From NCBI GenBank assembly GCA_964345045.1, contig CAYFPM010000001.1, positions 44,215-108,214 on the forward strand: a DNA stretch of 64,000 nt, written 5' to 3'. Under the pieces are notes generated by a model, which ran no database searches, was not told where the DNA came from, and saw only the letters and a list, made by a program, of their open reading frames with translations. Position 1 is the first letter of the stretch, and every line of letters begins with the position of its first letter. Below, piece by piece: positions 30,366-40,160 of the stretch. Source of the stretch: an uncultured Gammaproteobacteria bacterium (GTDB lineage Bacteria; Patescibacteriota; Patescibacteriia; Magasanikbacterales; UBA922). Both the position numbers and the translations under genes were made by a program.

Positions 30366-32861
30366 ATGCCAGAAAAATCTGTGCGAAAATGTTCTTTATG
30401 TCGTAGTCCTGGGCACACCAAAAGAACATGTGACCAAAAACAAAATTCAAAAAAAATACCAGCCACCAAACCACCGGTGGTTGTTCGGGTTGTGCCAGAA
30501 ATAGACAAATCTCCACATGTTGTAAATTTAAAAAAAGAAGTATTGGAAGATCCTTTTATAAAAGTAGAAGTATACGAAGAAAGTTCTGTAAAAAACATAG
30601 CAGTTAACCAAGTAGTAGATTTGGCCAAAGCTGTAAAATCGGCAAACAACAAAAAAATGCAAGAGTGGAAAGAAAAAATGGTGGCTGTAGAAAAAGGACT
30701 TTTTAAACACAAAGAAAAAATCGTCAAAAAACCATTGGCCAAAGCAGGTTCTCCATTGTCTAAATTTTTTTACAAAACAGATTCTGCCGTTGCAATTAAA
30801 CCACTCCCACAGAAAACTAGACCAAAGATAAAAATCTCCAAACCACAGGTTAATATTTTTTCTAGAAAAAGATTGGCTTATGCTACGTTGTCTTTGGCAG
30901 TTATCTTGGCACTCCCATTTCCAGCTATTGGCTATGTACAACATTTGCAAGACGTAAACGGCGTAGTCGTGGCAGAGAGTACCAATGCTTTTTTGGCTTT
31001 GCAATCTTCTACTGTAGCCGCTCTCAAATCCAATTTACCACAAGCAGAAACAGATCTTACCAAAGCTTTACAATCTTTTGCTACGGCCAATTCTTTGGTT
31101 GAAAAAGAATATCATCTTTTGACATCTGTAGCTTCGTTTTTGCCAATTATTGGTAATCAGGTAACCAGTCGGCAAGAACTATTGGTAGCCGGACAACACT
31201 TGGCACTTGGCAACACCTACTTGGTAAAAGGAATAAAAGAAACTAGAGAAGCAGAGGAATCACCAATAACCGAGAGGTTTTCTATTTTACAAAGGCATTT
31301 AAAAAGTTCTATCCCACAATATAACGAAGCTTTGTCTAGCTTGAATCAAGTAGACCCAAAAGCTATCCCAAGCAAATATCAACAAAGTTTTGCAGATTTT
31401 AAAATTCTTTTTGGGGCTTTTATAAACGACATGAAAGATTTAACAGATTTGATGGCGGTGTTCAACACAATTTTTGGTGATGATTCTTTTAAAAGATATC
31501 TGGTGATTTTTCAAAACAATCATGAGTTAAGGCCAACCGGTGGGTTTATGGGGAGTTTTGCAATTTTGGATGTGCAAAAAGGTAAAATTCTAAATATAGA
31601 AGTTCCTGGTGGGGGAACCTACGATATAAAAGGGCAGCTAACAGAATATGTTAAACCACCCTTGCCTTTGCAACTTTTAAATAAACGTTGGGAGTTTCAA
31701 GATTCTAATTGGTTTCCAGATTTTGCAGCTTCGGCTAGCAAAATGGAGTGGTTTTATGAAAATAGTCGTGGCAGCACGGTAGACGGGGTTATCTCTATCA
31801 ATGCTAATTTGCTGGAAGATTTTTTGGCAGTGGTAGGACCACTAGAAACAGGAGAGGGTGCTTTGGATGAAAATAATGCTCTACAAAATTTACAAGAAGA
31901 AGTAGAGTTGAATTATGATAAAGAAAAAAATAAACCAAAAGAGATTATTGGAGAATTACTAGATGAATCAATTAACATTGTAAAAGATTCTGATAAGTTG
32001 GATATAGTTAGATTATTATCTCTTCTTCACAAAGCTGCAGAAAAAAAAGATATACAAATTTTTATAAATGAAACAGAAGTACAAGACGAACTAAGAAGTT
32101 TTGGTTGGACTGGAGAGATTTTTCCAACTCATAAGAATCAAGATTATTTAATGGTAGTTCACTCCAACATTCAAGGACAAAAAAGTGATGCCAAAATAAA
32201 ACAAGAAATTGAACACCAAACCAATGTTTTGGAAGATGGTTCAATTGTAAACAATGTGACTATTAGAAGAACACATACCGGTACCCCTGGGGAACAGTTT
32301 TATGGATCACAAAATATTAGCTATGTTCGGGTTTATACCCCAGAAGGTTCTGAACTTCTTTCTGCCGATGGTTTTGTGTTTCCTCCAGAAGATGCTTTCA
32401 AAGTTCCAGAAGCTTGGTATCAAGAAGATCCACATTTAGAAACACTAGAAGAAGAACTATCTATAGACGAAGAAAGTGGGACTAGAATTACCAAAGAGTT
32501 TGGCAAAACAGCTTTTGGTAATTGGGTAATTACACAACCGGGAGAAACTAGTGAAATCAGTTTTTCTTATAAGTTACCTTTTGTACTAAATTTGCAAGAG
32601 ATTCCACTAGAAAATACCCAAAAATGGAAAAGTCTTATCTTGCCAGACACACAAGACGTAACTTCTCGTTATAGTTTTGTTTTGCAGAAGCAATCTGGTT
32701 TGGATAGTGATATAAAAATAAGTATTAAATATCCAGAAGAATGGTCCCCGGTATGGAAATCAAAAGAAGAAATAGACTTGTCTTTAAATGGAGCCGAATA
32801 CGATACCGTCTTGGATAGGGATTTAATTGTAGGTTTAGTAATGAAAAAACAAAATTATTAA
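30366..32861 (+). CDS. DUF4012-domain membrane protein with N-terminal CX2CX4HX4C zinc-knuckle-like motif
   Basis: CSLCRSPGHTKRTC; TM LAYATLSLAVILALPFPAIG; FQNNHELRPTGGFMGSFAILDV DUF4012 hallmark. Confidence 0.65.
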   Translation: MPEKSVRKCSLCRSPGHTKRTCDQKQNSKKIPATKPPVVVRVVPEIDKSPHVVNLKKEVLEDPFIKVEVYEESSVKNIAVNQVVDLAKAVKSANNKKMQEWKEKMVAVEKGLFKHKEKIVKKPLAKAGSPLSKFFYKTDSAVAIKPLPQKTRPKIKISKPQVNIFSRKRLAYATLSLAVILALPFPAIGYVQHLQDVNGVVVAESTNAFLALQSSTVAALKSNLPQAETDLTKALQSFATANSLVEKEYHLLTSVASFLPIIGNQVTSRQELLVAGQHLALGNTYLVKGIKETREAEESPITERFSILQRHLKSSIPQYNEALSSLNQVDPKAIPSKYQQSFADFKILFGAFINDMKDLTDLMAVFNTIFGDDSFKRYLVIFQNNHELRPTGGFMGSFAILDVQKGKILNIEVPGGGTYDIKGQLTEYVKPPLPLQLLNKRWEFQDSNWFPDFAASASKMEWFYENSRGSTVDGVISINANLLEDFLAVVGPLETGEGALDENNALQNLQEEVELNYDKEKNKPKEIIGELLDESINIVKDSDKLDIVRLLSLLHKAAEKKDIQIFINETEVQDELRSFGWTGEIFPTHKNQDYLMVVHSNIQGQKSDAKIKQEIEHQTNVLEDGSIVNNVTIRRTHTGTPGEQFYGSQNISYVRVYTPEGSELLSADGFVFPPEDAFKVPEAWYQEDPHLETLEEELSIDEESGTRITKEFGKTAFGNWVITQPGETSEISFSYKLPFVLNLQEIPLENTQKWKSLILPDTQDVTSRYSFVLQKQSGLDSDIKISIKYPEEWSPVWKSKEEIDLSLNGAEYDTVLDRDLIVGLVMKKQNY

Positions 32862-32869
32862 TTTTATCT

Positions 32870-35014
32870 ATGCCAAAAAGTAATAAGAACAAAACAAAAA
32901 AGACCAAAGAAAAAAATGAAAAACCAGAAGAGATAGAAAAAGAAATGGTTGTAGATGAAAAAGAAGTCGCTTTAGAAGAGGATCATGTTTTTGTAAAAAA
33001 AGAAATTACCAAAGAAGAAAATTTGGAAGATATAGAAGATAAAGAAGACAAAGTTGCTGCCGTTACTTATAATTCTATAGACGAAGCTGAAACTAAGGTT
33101 AATGAAGATTCTGGCGTGGTGGAATCCGTCTCTGCTAAAGGGTCTGCTGAGGTGAAACCCGCCGTCGCTCGTCCTGAGGCGAGCTATGGCGTGGTAAAAG
33201 AGAAAAAGAAAAAAGGAAAAAGAAAAAATACAGACAAGGAAAAAATAGATAACAAAATTACAGAAATATACGAAAATGCCGATGGCAGTATGCCAGATAT
33301 GCAGCATTTTCAAAAAAGAAAAAGAAATAAGTTCTTATCCGCTTTGTTAACATTGTTTGGTTCGATTGGACTTTTGGCCGTGGTTTTTTGGGTGGTGTTT
33401 TTTGTTTTTCAAACAGAAACTTCTTTTTCCGAAGAAGATGTAATATTGTCTATCTCTGGAGAAGAAACTGTGGTAGTTGGCGAAGAATTAACTTATAGAG
33501 TTAGATACCGCAATGCCCAAAATACCAGCTTAAAAAATGTAGTTTTGCAGGTACATTATCCAGAAGGTTTTGTTTTTGCAAAAAGTAGCTTAGAACCAAC
33601 GGGAGAAAACAATGATAAATGGGATTTGGCTAGCTTGTCTGGGCAAGACAGTGGCTATATAGATATTTCTGGTCGTATGTATGGTAGCTTGGATCAAAAA
33701 CAATCTTTTCGAGCATTTTTAAATTATACTCCGGAAAATTTTAGCTCAGAATTTCAAAAGGCAGATACAGTAGCAGTTGGTTTTGATGAAATACCAATTG
33801 ATTTTGTAATAAAGCATCCAGAAGAAGTGATAATAGGTAGTGAAGTAGAAATAGATATCACAGCTGATTTGCTTTTGGATGAGCCAATAGAAAATTTGGC
33901 TATAGAAATAGAAGATAATAATATTTTTAATAAAAAAAGTAGCAGTTTGGAGAGTGACCAATTTGAAGATTTTGTTTGGTCTATTGCAAAGCTAGAAGAT
34001 GAATTTAATCTAAAAGTAACAGGTTCTTTTGCCAAAGATACTAATGAAAAAACAAATTCGATAAAAGTAAAATTGATTGGCTGGAAAGATGCTGACAAAA
34101 CTATAGAACCATATATATACGCAGAGAAAGATGTAGAATTTAATTTTTTGGAAACTAATCTATCGGCTAATTTGGTGATAAACGGAGCTACCAAAGAATT
34201 AAATGTAGAGCCTGGAGAAACTTTGAACAGTAGTGTTATTTTGAAAAACGCTGGAGACACTCCGCTCAAATCAGTAAGCGTTAGAACTGTCTTTGACGCA
34301 CCTTCGGCAAACAAAAAAAGTATTTTGAATTGGTCGGAAATTTTGGACGAAGCAGATGGAGATATTGTAGGAGAACAACTAAATAATGAAACTAGACGAG
34401 GTATAATAGCTTGGGATAGGGGGGAGATACTGGATTTGCGCCAATTGGATCCTGGCGAAGAATTGATTATAGATTTTTCACTACCAATAAAATCTTTTGA
34501 AAACACTGATTTGAGTAAATTTACTACTACCAATATAGAAGCTACCTTGGAAGTGCAGTATGAATTAGAAGGAGAACCAAAAATATACTCTTCGAACCCA
34601 ATTAAAATGAAGCTTAATTCGGATACAGAGTTTGAAGTGAGGGATGAAATTGGAGAAAAGAAAGGTAAAGAAGTTCATACTGTGACTTGGTTACTTACCA
34701 ACAGATTTCATGAATTATCGGATCTAAGGATAGAGGCGGATATCTACGGTGACGTATCTGTCGACAAAAATAAAATAGATGTTCCGGCCGGGGAGATTGA
34801 GTATGATAACGAAAATAAAAAATTGGTTTGGACAATCGAGTCTATGCCAGTGAGTTTGGATGTACTTGCTTTGCAATTTGATATTGTAATCAATGGCACT
34901 AATCCTAGCCAAACTAATCTAACTTCAAAAGTTTCGGTGCAAGCCACAGATGTTATTTCTGGAGAGAGAGTGGTAGAAGTGGGAGATGAGATTTTGTTGG
35001 GTTCGGGGGAGTAG
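32870..35014 (+). CDS. cell-surface protein with Lys-rich N-terminus, TM anchor and DUF11-like beta repeat domains
   Basis: KKTKEKNEKPEE..., TM LSALLTLFGSIGLLAVVFWVVFFVF, repeated VxGEELTYRVRYRN / ILKNAGDTPLKSVSV units. Confidence 0.45.
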   Translation: MPKSNKNKTKKTKEKNEKPEEIEKEMVVDEKEVALEEDHVFVKKEITKEENLEDIEDKEDKVAAVTYNSIDEAETKVNEDSGVVESVSAKGSAEVKPAVARPEASYGVVKEKKKKGKRKNTDKEKIDNKITEIYENADGSMPDMQHFQKRKRNKFLSALLTLFGSIGLLAVVFWVVFFVFQTETSFSEEDVILSISGEETVVVGEELTYRVRYRNAQNTSLKNVVLQVHYPEGFVFAKSSLEPTGENNDKWDLASLSGQDSGYIDISGRMYGSLDQKQSFRAFLNYTPENFSSEFQKADTVAVGFDEIPIDFVIKHPEEVIIGSEVEIDITADLLLDEPIENLAIEIEDNNIFNKKSSSLESDQFEDFVWSIAKLEDEFNLKVTGSFAKDTNEKTNSIKVKLIGWKDADKTIEPYIYAEKDVEFNFLETNLSANLVINGATKELNVEPGETLNSSVILKNAGDTPLKSVSVRTVFDAPSANKKSILNWSEILDEADGDIVGEQLNNETRRGIIAWDRGEILDLRQLDPGEELIIDFSLPIKSFENTDLSKFTTTNIEATLEVQYELEGEPKIYSSNPIKMKLNSDTEFEVRDEIGEKKGKEVHTVTWLLTNRFHELSDLRIEADIYGDVSVDKNKIDVPAGEIEYDNENKKLVWTIESMPVSLDVLALQFDIVINGTNPSQTNLTSKVSVQATDVISGERVVEVGDEILLGSGE

Positions 35015-35032
35015 AGTTTTAAAAAATAGATC

Positions 35033-35065
35033 AAAAAACCACCACAGTAATGTGGTGGTTTTTTG
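35033..35065 (+). terminator. intrinsic terminator
   Basis: aaaaaaccaccac agtaat gtggtggttttttg. Confidence 0.7.
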
Positions 35066-35175
35066 ATCTTGCCGTTTCGTTTTGTTGTGCGAAACGGCTC
35101 TCCTTGGTTGGGTGATGAATGAGTCTCTGCGGGTAAAAAACTTGATTTTGCTACGACAGTAGAGTCAGACAAAAT

Positions 35176-37761
35176 CTAGATTAGTTTTTTTGATCTGAGT
35201 TTTTGTAGCCGGTCTCTCGCGAGTTTGCCATCCCTGGCCAGTTTACGCTGTCGGGATAGCCAGCTTGTTGAACCGTTGTCTAGTTTCCCACTAGATTCTA
35301 GGCCAGTAAGCAATTCTTGGTATCTTTGATCCCAGCTCTTTTTGGTTTTGCCCCAATCGAACTTTAGGAGATCAAGTTTGCGTACTCGTTCCTTAGAAAG
35401 TTTCCCTTTTCTTCTTCTTACTCTTTGTTGGGCTACCCATGTCGCAAGAGTTTGGTCTTCGTAGAACCTAGTAACCTTGCTGTGACCGTTAGCCTTGAAG
35501 AATGCTGAAAGGATATCGTATGATTCTTCCCAGCTCCTTTTGTCTCGGTACTTCCAACGCAGGCCAATATCGCACAAAGCAACATAGCGTTCGCGAGGTA
35601 GAAGACCTCTAGTGTGACGATCTCTTTGGTAGTTGATCCATCTGCTCAGAGAGTAATTGTCAGGATCCCCAAAGGGGACGTTGCAATCCCCATATTGCTC
35701 CTTGTAGGCGAGCAATTGACCAAACATTTCATCCCAGCTCGAGGTCAACTTGTCTACGCATCGTGTTGTGATCGCGTTACGCAGCAACTCGAGGTCGATC
35801 CCATCAGCTCCAATCACGTCGACTATATCCGCATCGTTGACGTGGTCTTTGCCTTGGTCTCCATTGCTCCCACGTTCACCTCGCTCCTGGCGGAGTCTAG
35901 TGATTTTGTGGGCCATGGCCTCGTCTTGCTCGCGCATGGCGTTGAGCACAGCCCAAACCTCGCGGAAGTCTGCACGCTGCACAGCGTCCTCGATGGATTC
36001 GTCCTCGTGTTGTTCCACATATAGCGGCACAAGAATATAGCCCTTTTTCTTGCCGTTGGCTCGGCGCATGGCTCGGCCAGTAGCTTGGACAATGTCGATG
36101 AGACTACGCTTTTTGGTGAAAAACGCGACCAAATCGACCGTAGGTACGTCCACACCCTCGGTGAGACATCGGGCGTTCGAGATTACTGCTCGCGCAGAAT
36201 GTCGGAAGCCTTGCATCTCTTCTTCGCGCACTGCTGTCGACATATCGCCGTTGACATTGTGGACTGTGAAGTCGCTGGGGATATGGGGAGCCACCGAACG
36301 TGGTCCATCACCAGTGAAAGCCTGGGCATCGACGACGTTGGCATGGAAGGAAAACACTTTGCCTACGCCGTGGCGCTCGATTGCCTTGGCTAGTGAGATC
36401 CAGTTGGCCGCCTCACGCGCCTTGACTCGTACCCCGTCACCCATGTCTACGAAGCCCTTCTCGATATTATCAAGCATCCCGCTTGTCACCACCGACACAA
36501 CGACTTCGTAGTCGCAGATAATGCCTTCGGCAACTGCATCTCGGAAATTCATCTGGTACGCGGTCGGTCCGTAGATTTCTTCATCGTCCATCGAATAGAC
36601 GAGTCTAGCTTCATCATCGTCCTTCTTACTGTCGGGTATATCCCAATGTCTGGGGGTTGCCGTCCAGAAAGTTCGAATGATGATTGGTAGATTCTCGTCT
36701 TCGAGCGCGAATGCGAATTGCCCGCCCTTCTGGGTAGCTGTCTTGTGTGCTTCGTCAAAAACGCCGAGTTCAAAGACGTGCTTCCCACCCATCCCCTCGG
36801 CCACAATCGGTGCCGAGTGGTAGGTGGTGAAAATAATCTTAACCCCATGAGTCTGTGATGCAAGGAATGCAGAAACCGCTGCTGCCTCGTTGGTTACAGG
36901 GAAATCGAGTTCGGTTTGTCCGATCTCGAATTCATGGACACCTTCTGCAACAGTTCGATCCGAACACACGCATAGGAAACTAGGTCGCTGCCAGCTGGTA
37001 TGCTGGAGCCACTCGTGCAGAGTTTGGCGAACTAGTGCAAGTGACGGCACGAGAACTAGGATGCTCTCGACGCCGAGTTGCTCGGCTACAAAAAGCTGAG
37101 TGGAAGTTTTGCCCGTGCCACAGGGCATGATGATTTTCATCCGAGGTTTGTTTTGTGTCACCACCAGGTCACACACATTGTCGCAGGCTTCTTGCTGGCG
37201 TGGCATTGGCTTACGGAGGGTCTTGGCAACTTTGGGTTGCTTTCCGGCAATCCAAGCTCCAATCGCTCGGAGGTTGTCCCGCGTCAGGCGGCTCAGATCT
37301 TTGCCCGAGACTACGTAGATCGATTTAGCTAATCCGTCGATCTCTTCTGGGATCATTTCGACGTTGGTGAAAAGTACATGCGTGCTTCCCCCTCCAACTG
37401 AGAAGAACGGGGTGAGCGCTTCGACGTCTATCTCTTCAGTCTTGTCGCAGAACAACGAATGGTAAACTTGGAGCTCGCCAGTCGCAGTTTCGATGACCCC
37501 ATCGATCAGGTGCGAGTGTAGCCGGAATGTAGCAAAGCCTCGAGGTGCCTGCGTCTCAACCGACCATACCCTCTTGGCTTGTGCCACGGGCATGACAGTG
37601 AGATAGGCTTGCGCGAAGACCATGAAGGCTTCCATGCGCTCTTCTGGATTTTTGAGTCGCGCGATTTTTCGTTCGATCTGCCGGAAGGTGTTGGCGTTTT
37701 CGTAGATACCCATGCGGTTGAAGGTTGCTGCCTTCGGATGTCTGATTGTCTTCAAAGCCAC
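35176..37761 (-). CDS. superfamily-2 DEAD/DEAH-box helicase with C-terminal helicase-associated (HA) domain repeats; GTG start; high-GC island
   Basis: MPCGTGKT Walker A, FDEAHK motif II, QATGRAMR motif VI; repeated W..F..L..Y....G..NVP / L..W...QR C-terminal modules. Confidence 0.7.
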   Translation of the reverse strand: MALKTIRHPKAATFNRMGIYENANTFRQIERKIARLKNPEERMEAFMVFAQAYLTVMPVAQAKRVWSVETQAPRGFATFRLHSHLIDGVIETATGELQVYHSLFCDKTEEIDVEALTPFFSVGGGSTHVLFTNVEMIPEEIDGLAKSIYVVSGKDLSRLTRDNLRAIGAWIAGKQPKVAKTLRKPMPRQQEACDNVCDLVVTQNKPRMKIIMPCGTGKTSTQLFVAEQLGVESILVLVPSLALVRQTLHEWLQHTSWQRPSFLCVCSDRTVAEGVHEFEIGQTELDFPVTNEAAAVSAFLASQTHGVKIIFTTYHSAPIVAEGMGGKHVFELGVFDEAHKTATQKGGQFAFALEDENLPIIIRTFWTATPRHWDIPDSKKDDDEARLVYSMDDEEIYGPTAYQMNFRDAVAEGIICDYEVVVSVVTSGMLDNIEKGFVDMGDGVRVKAREAANWISLAKAIERHGVGKVFSFHANVVDAQAFTGDGPRSVAPHIPSDFTVHNVNGDMSTAVREEEMQGFRHSARAVISNARCLTEGVDVPTVDLVAFFTKKRSLIDIVQATGRAMRRANGKKKGYILVPLYVEQHEDESIEDAVQRADFREVWAVLNAMREQDEAMAHKITRLRQERGERGSNGDQGKDHVNDADIVDVIGADGIDLELLRNAITTRCVDKLTSSWDEMFGQLLAYKEQYGDCNVPFGDPDNYSLSRWINYQRDRHTRGLLPRERYVALCDIGLRWKYRDKRSWEESYDILSAFFKANGHSKVTRFYEDQTLATWVAQQRVRRRKGKLSKERVRKLDLLKFDWGKTKKSWDQRYQELLTGLESSGKLDNGSTSWLSRQRKLARDGKLARDRLQKLRSKKLI

Positions 37762-37782
37762 TGCTCCTTAGAGTCAAAAATG

Positions 37783-37845
37783 TTGTGGTTTCAAATTTCT
37801 CGCCACCTACGCAAATCGCAGGTAGATAAGAAATTTGAAACATTT
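37783..37845. promoter_or_regulatory. 13-bp inverted repeat gtttcaaatttct...agaaatttgaaac in helicase upstream region (operator candidate)
   Basis: perfect 13-bp arms around a 29-nt spacer that itself contains cctacg...cgcaggtag palindrome. Confidence 0.4.
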
Positions 37846-38070
37846 TAAAGAACATCAAATGGCCACAAATTTGAATTTGTGGAACAATCTAAATTAGCTT
37901 ATTTTAGCGAATTTGTCAAGGTTTTTTATTAATTTTGTTTAAGCAAAAAAAAACGCTTAAATAAAGCGTTTTTTTATTTGTGCTTCCGGAGGGAATCCCA
38001 GCCTTCGGCTGATGACCCGTAGGGTCAGAACCCACATGGATGGTTCTCTCGATGAATGATTTTCTGTTTG

Positions 38071-38142
38071 TGCCCCCGGCAGGAATCGAACCCACATCAA
38101 CGGTTCCGAAGACCGTTGTGTTATCCATTACACCACAGGGGC
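38071..38142 (-). tRNA. tRNA-Arg (anticodon TCG)
   Basis: reverse complement GCCCCTGTGGTGTAATGGATAACACAACGGTCTTCGGAACCGTTGATGTGGGTTCGATTCCTGCCGGGGGCA folds as cloverleaf, anticodon loop CTTCGGA. Confidence 0.8.
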
Positions 38143-38155
38143 TTTTAAAAAAATG

Positions 38156-38230
38156 CTCCCCCTATCAGGGGGAGTTAGAGGGGGTCTGGTAGACGATTTG
38201 ACCCCACCTAACCTCCCCTGATAGGGGAGG
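38156..38230. repeat. composite GC-rich palindromic element (CTCCCCCT-N4-AGGGGGAG family), intergenic copy
   Basis: ctccccctatcagggggag ttag agggggtctggtagacgatttgacccc ... cctcccctgataggggagg; same architecture as in-frame copy in queA. Confidence 0.7.
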
Positions 38231-38240
38231 AAAAGAGTAG

Positions 38241-38310
38241 TGAGTTGTGCAGGGTTCGAACCTGCGACCACCTCCGACAAGAGTCGAGGCTGCTCTACCA
38301 TATGACAATA
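38241..38310 (-). pseudogene. tRNA-like fragment (D-loop TGGTAGAGCAG and T-arm GCAGGTTCGAACCCTGC present, acceptor/anticodon stems do not close)
   Basis: could not fold a complete cloverleaf by eye; may be a degenerate or unusual tRNA. Confidence 0.3.
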
Positions 38311-38314
38311 TTTG

Positions 38315-38387
38315 TGCGCCCAGAGGGATTCGAACCCCCGACCGTTTGGTTAAGAGCCAACTGCTCTACCAACTGAGCTATAGGCGC
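38315..38387 (-). tRNA. tRNA-Lys (anticodon CTT)
   Basis: reverse complement GCGCCTATAGCTCAGTTGGTAGAGCAGTTGGCTCTTAACCAAACGGTCGGGGGTTCGAATCCCTCTGGGCGCA; anticodon loop CTCTTAA. Confidence 0.75.
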
Positions 38388-38522
38388 CTAGATTAATTAA
38401 ATATTGTCAACTGAGCTAACAACCCATATATTATGTACAAATTACGAATATTGTGAATTTACGAATTCTGCTATTTGAAAAATTCGCGCATTCGTATAAT
38501 TCGTAATTCGAACATCTATATC

Positions 38523-39284
38523 TTATCCAATTGGATCTTCTGGAGTTCGCTTTAGTATTTCCACTTTTGGACCTTTCCAACCTTTTTTGTTAAGGGCGGC
38601 TTCGGCAGCGGCTACTTGGGCTTCTTGCTTGCTACCACCTTCACCTTCACCAATTTTTTCTTTGTCTAGATAAACTCCAACCACAAATTTTTTGTCATGA
38701 TCAGGGCCACTTTCATTTAGGACTTTGTAGTTTGGAGTAATCCCAATAATTTCCTGAGAAGCTTCTTGAAAACGAGATTTGGGATCCATCCACAAACCTT
38801 TTTCTAAAACTTCTGGCAATTTGGTAATAATCCAGCGAGTAATAAATTGTTTGGATATATCCCAACCTTGGTCTAGATAGATAGCTCCGATCACCGATTC
38901 CATGACATTGGCCAAGATATATTCTCTAGCTTTTGTGCCGGCATCTTTGGATTCGCCGTGGCTTAGAAAAAGATATTCTTCCAAACCAATTTCATTGCTA
39001 ACCGCTGCACACATTTTGGCGTTGACCAAGGCTGCGCGCCAGTTGGTTAGTTCACCTTCTGGATTAAGATAATTTTCAAATAGATATTCTGTTACTACCA
39101 ATTCTAGAACAGCATCGCCAAGAAATTCTAGGCGTTCGTTGTGAGATAGAGGGAAGTCTCTATTTTCGTTTAGATAAGATCTGTGTACCAAAGCTTGAAC
39201 AAGGAAATCTTTATTGTTGAACACAATGCCGATTCTTTCTTCCAACTTGGCAAAGTTTTTTTCTGTATAAGCTGGTATAGTCAT
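38523..39284 (-). CDS. rnc: ribonuclease III
   Basis: ERLEFLGDAVLELVVTEYLF catalytic signature plus C-terminal dsRBD. Confidence 0.9.
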   Translation of the reverse strand: MTIPAYTEKNFAKLEERIGIVFNNKDFLVQALVHRSYLNENRDFPLSHNERLEFLGDAVLELVVTEYLFENYLNPEGELTNWRAALVNAKMCAAVSNEIGLEEYLFLSHGESKDAGTKAREYILANVMESVIGAIYLDQGWDISKQFITRWIITKLPEVLEKGLWMDPKSRFQEASQEIIGITPNYKVLNESGPDHDKKFVVGVYLDKEKIGEGEGGSKQEAQVAAAEAALNKKGWKGPKVEILKRTPEDPIG

Positions 39285-39365
39285 ATTTTTTCAGTCAGCC
39301 ATTTTCAGTATCTCTATATTTATACTATATAGGTACTAAAAGCGGGGGACTGTAATTAATAATAA

Positions 39366-39797
39366 TTATTTTTCTTGTTTAGCAATATCGTTGTACATAG
39401 CTCCCAAAATTCCATTTACAAATTTGCCACTAGATTGGCCACCAAAACTTTTGGCAACTTCAATTGCTTCATTGATAGCTACTTTATCTGGGATTTGATC
39501 ATTGTGATAAAGTTCGTAAACTCCGACTCTTAAGATATTTCTGTCTACCAGAGTCATAGAGTCAATCGGCCACTTGGGAGCGTACTCGGTAATTTTTTTG
39601 TCGATTTCTTCTAATTTGTCCAAGACTTTGTCTATTGTCTCTATAATGAATTTTTTGTTTTCATCGTCTAGACCAATCCCAAATTCAGCAATTGTTTCTT
39701 CTACAATTGCCGGTATTCCAGCGGTTGGTTTTCCTTTGAAATCCCACTGGTAGAGGGTTTGCATTACTATAGAACGGGCTAGGTGTCTGTTGGACAT
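39366..39797 (-). CDS. nusB: transcription antitermination factor NusB
   Basis: RHLARSIVMQTLYQWDF N-terminus, 143 aa. Confidence 0.8.
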   Translation of the reverse strand: MSNRHLARSIVMQTLYQWDFKGKPTAGIPAIVEETIAEFGIGLDDENKKFIIETIDKVLDKLEEIDKKITEYAPKWPIDSMTLVDRNILRVGVYELYHNDQIPDKVAINEAIEVAKSFGGQSSGKFVNGILGAMYNDIAKQEK

Positions 39798-39824
39798 ATA
39801 AATTAGCTCTATAGAGCCAAGAGA

Positions 39825-40031
39825 TTAAGATTTCTTCTTGGCTCTTTTGGTAACTCTTTTTAGAGTGTCGATTACAGTACGACCGCGGTATTTGCCTGTT
39901 TTTGGGGTAGAATGATGAGGCAAATGTGGGTTGCCATCGGCATCAAAAGCAACTTGGATTGGCTTTAGAGCATGATGTGAACGACGAGAACCTTTGCGAT
40001 GACGACTGTGTCTTTGGGTAGGTGTACTCAT
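39825..40031 (-). CDS. rpmF: 50S ribosomal protein L32
   Basis: RHSRHRKGSRRSHHALK L32 N-terminal signature. Confidence 0.7.
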   Translation of the reverse strand: MSTPTQRHSRHRKGSRRSHHALKPIQVAFDADGNPHLPHHSTPKTGKYRGRTVIDTLKRVTKRAKKKS

Positions 40032-40160
40032 AGCTGTTAAGTAAAAAGCTTAAAATCATAAATCAAAAGTTGATTGATTTACGATGGGGCTTAGTATAGC
40101 TTATTTTATAAAAAAAATCAAGACCTATAGCTCTAATTGCTATAGAGAGCAAATTTCGCT

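Noticed and set aside
35614-37332. Multiple 70-150-aa ORFs on the plus strand inside the helicase gene
   Set aside because: Antisense to a 861-aa ORF with clear helicase motifs; GC-rich DNA generates long spurious frames
37916-38128. 70-aa minus-strand ORF
   Set aside because: It is the translation of tRNA-Arg and the adjacent tRNA-like fragment (VDVGSIPAGG = T-arm); not a protein gene
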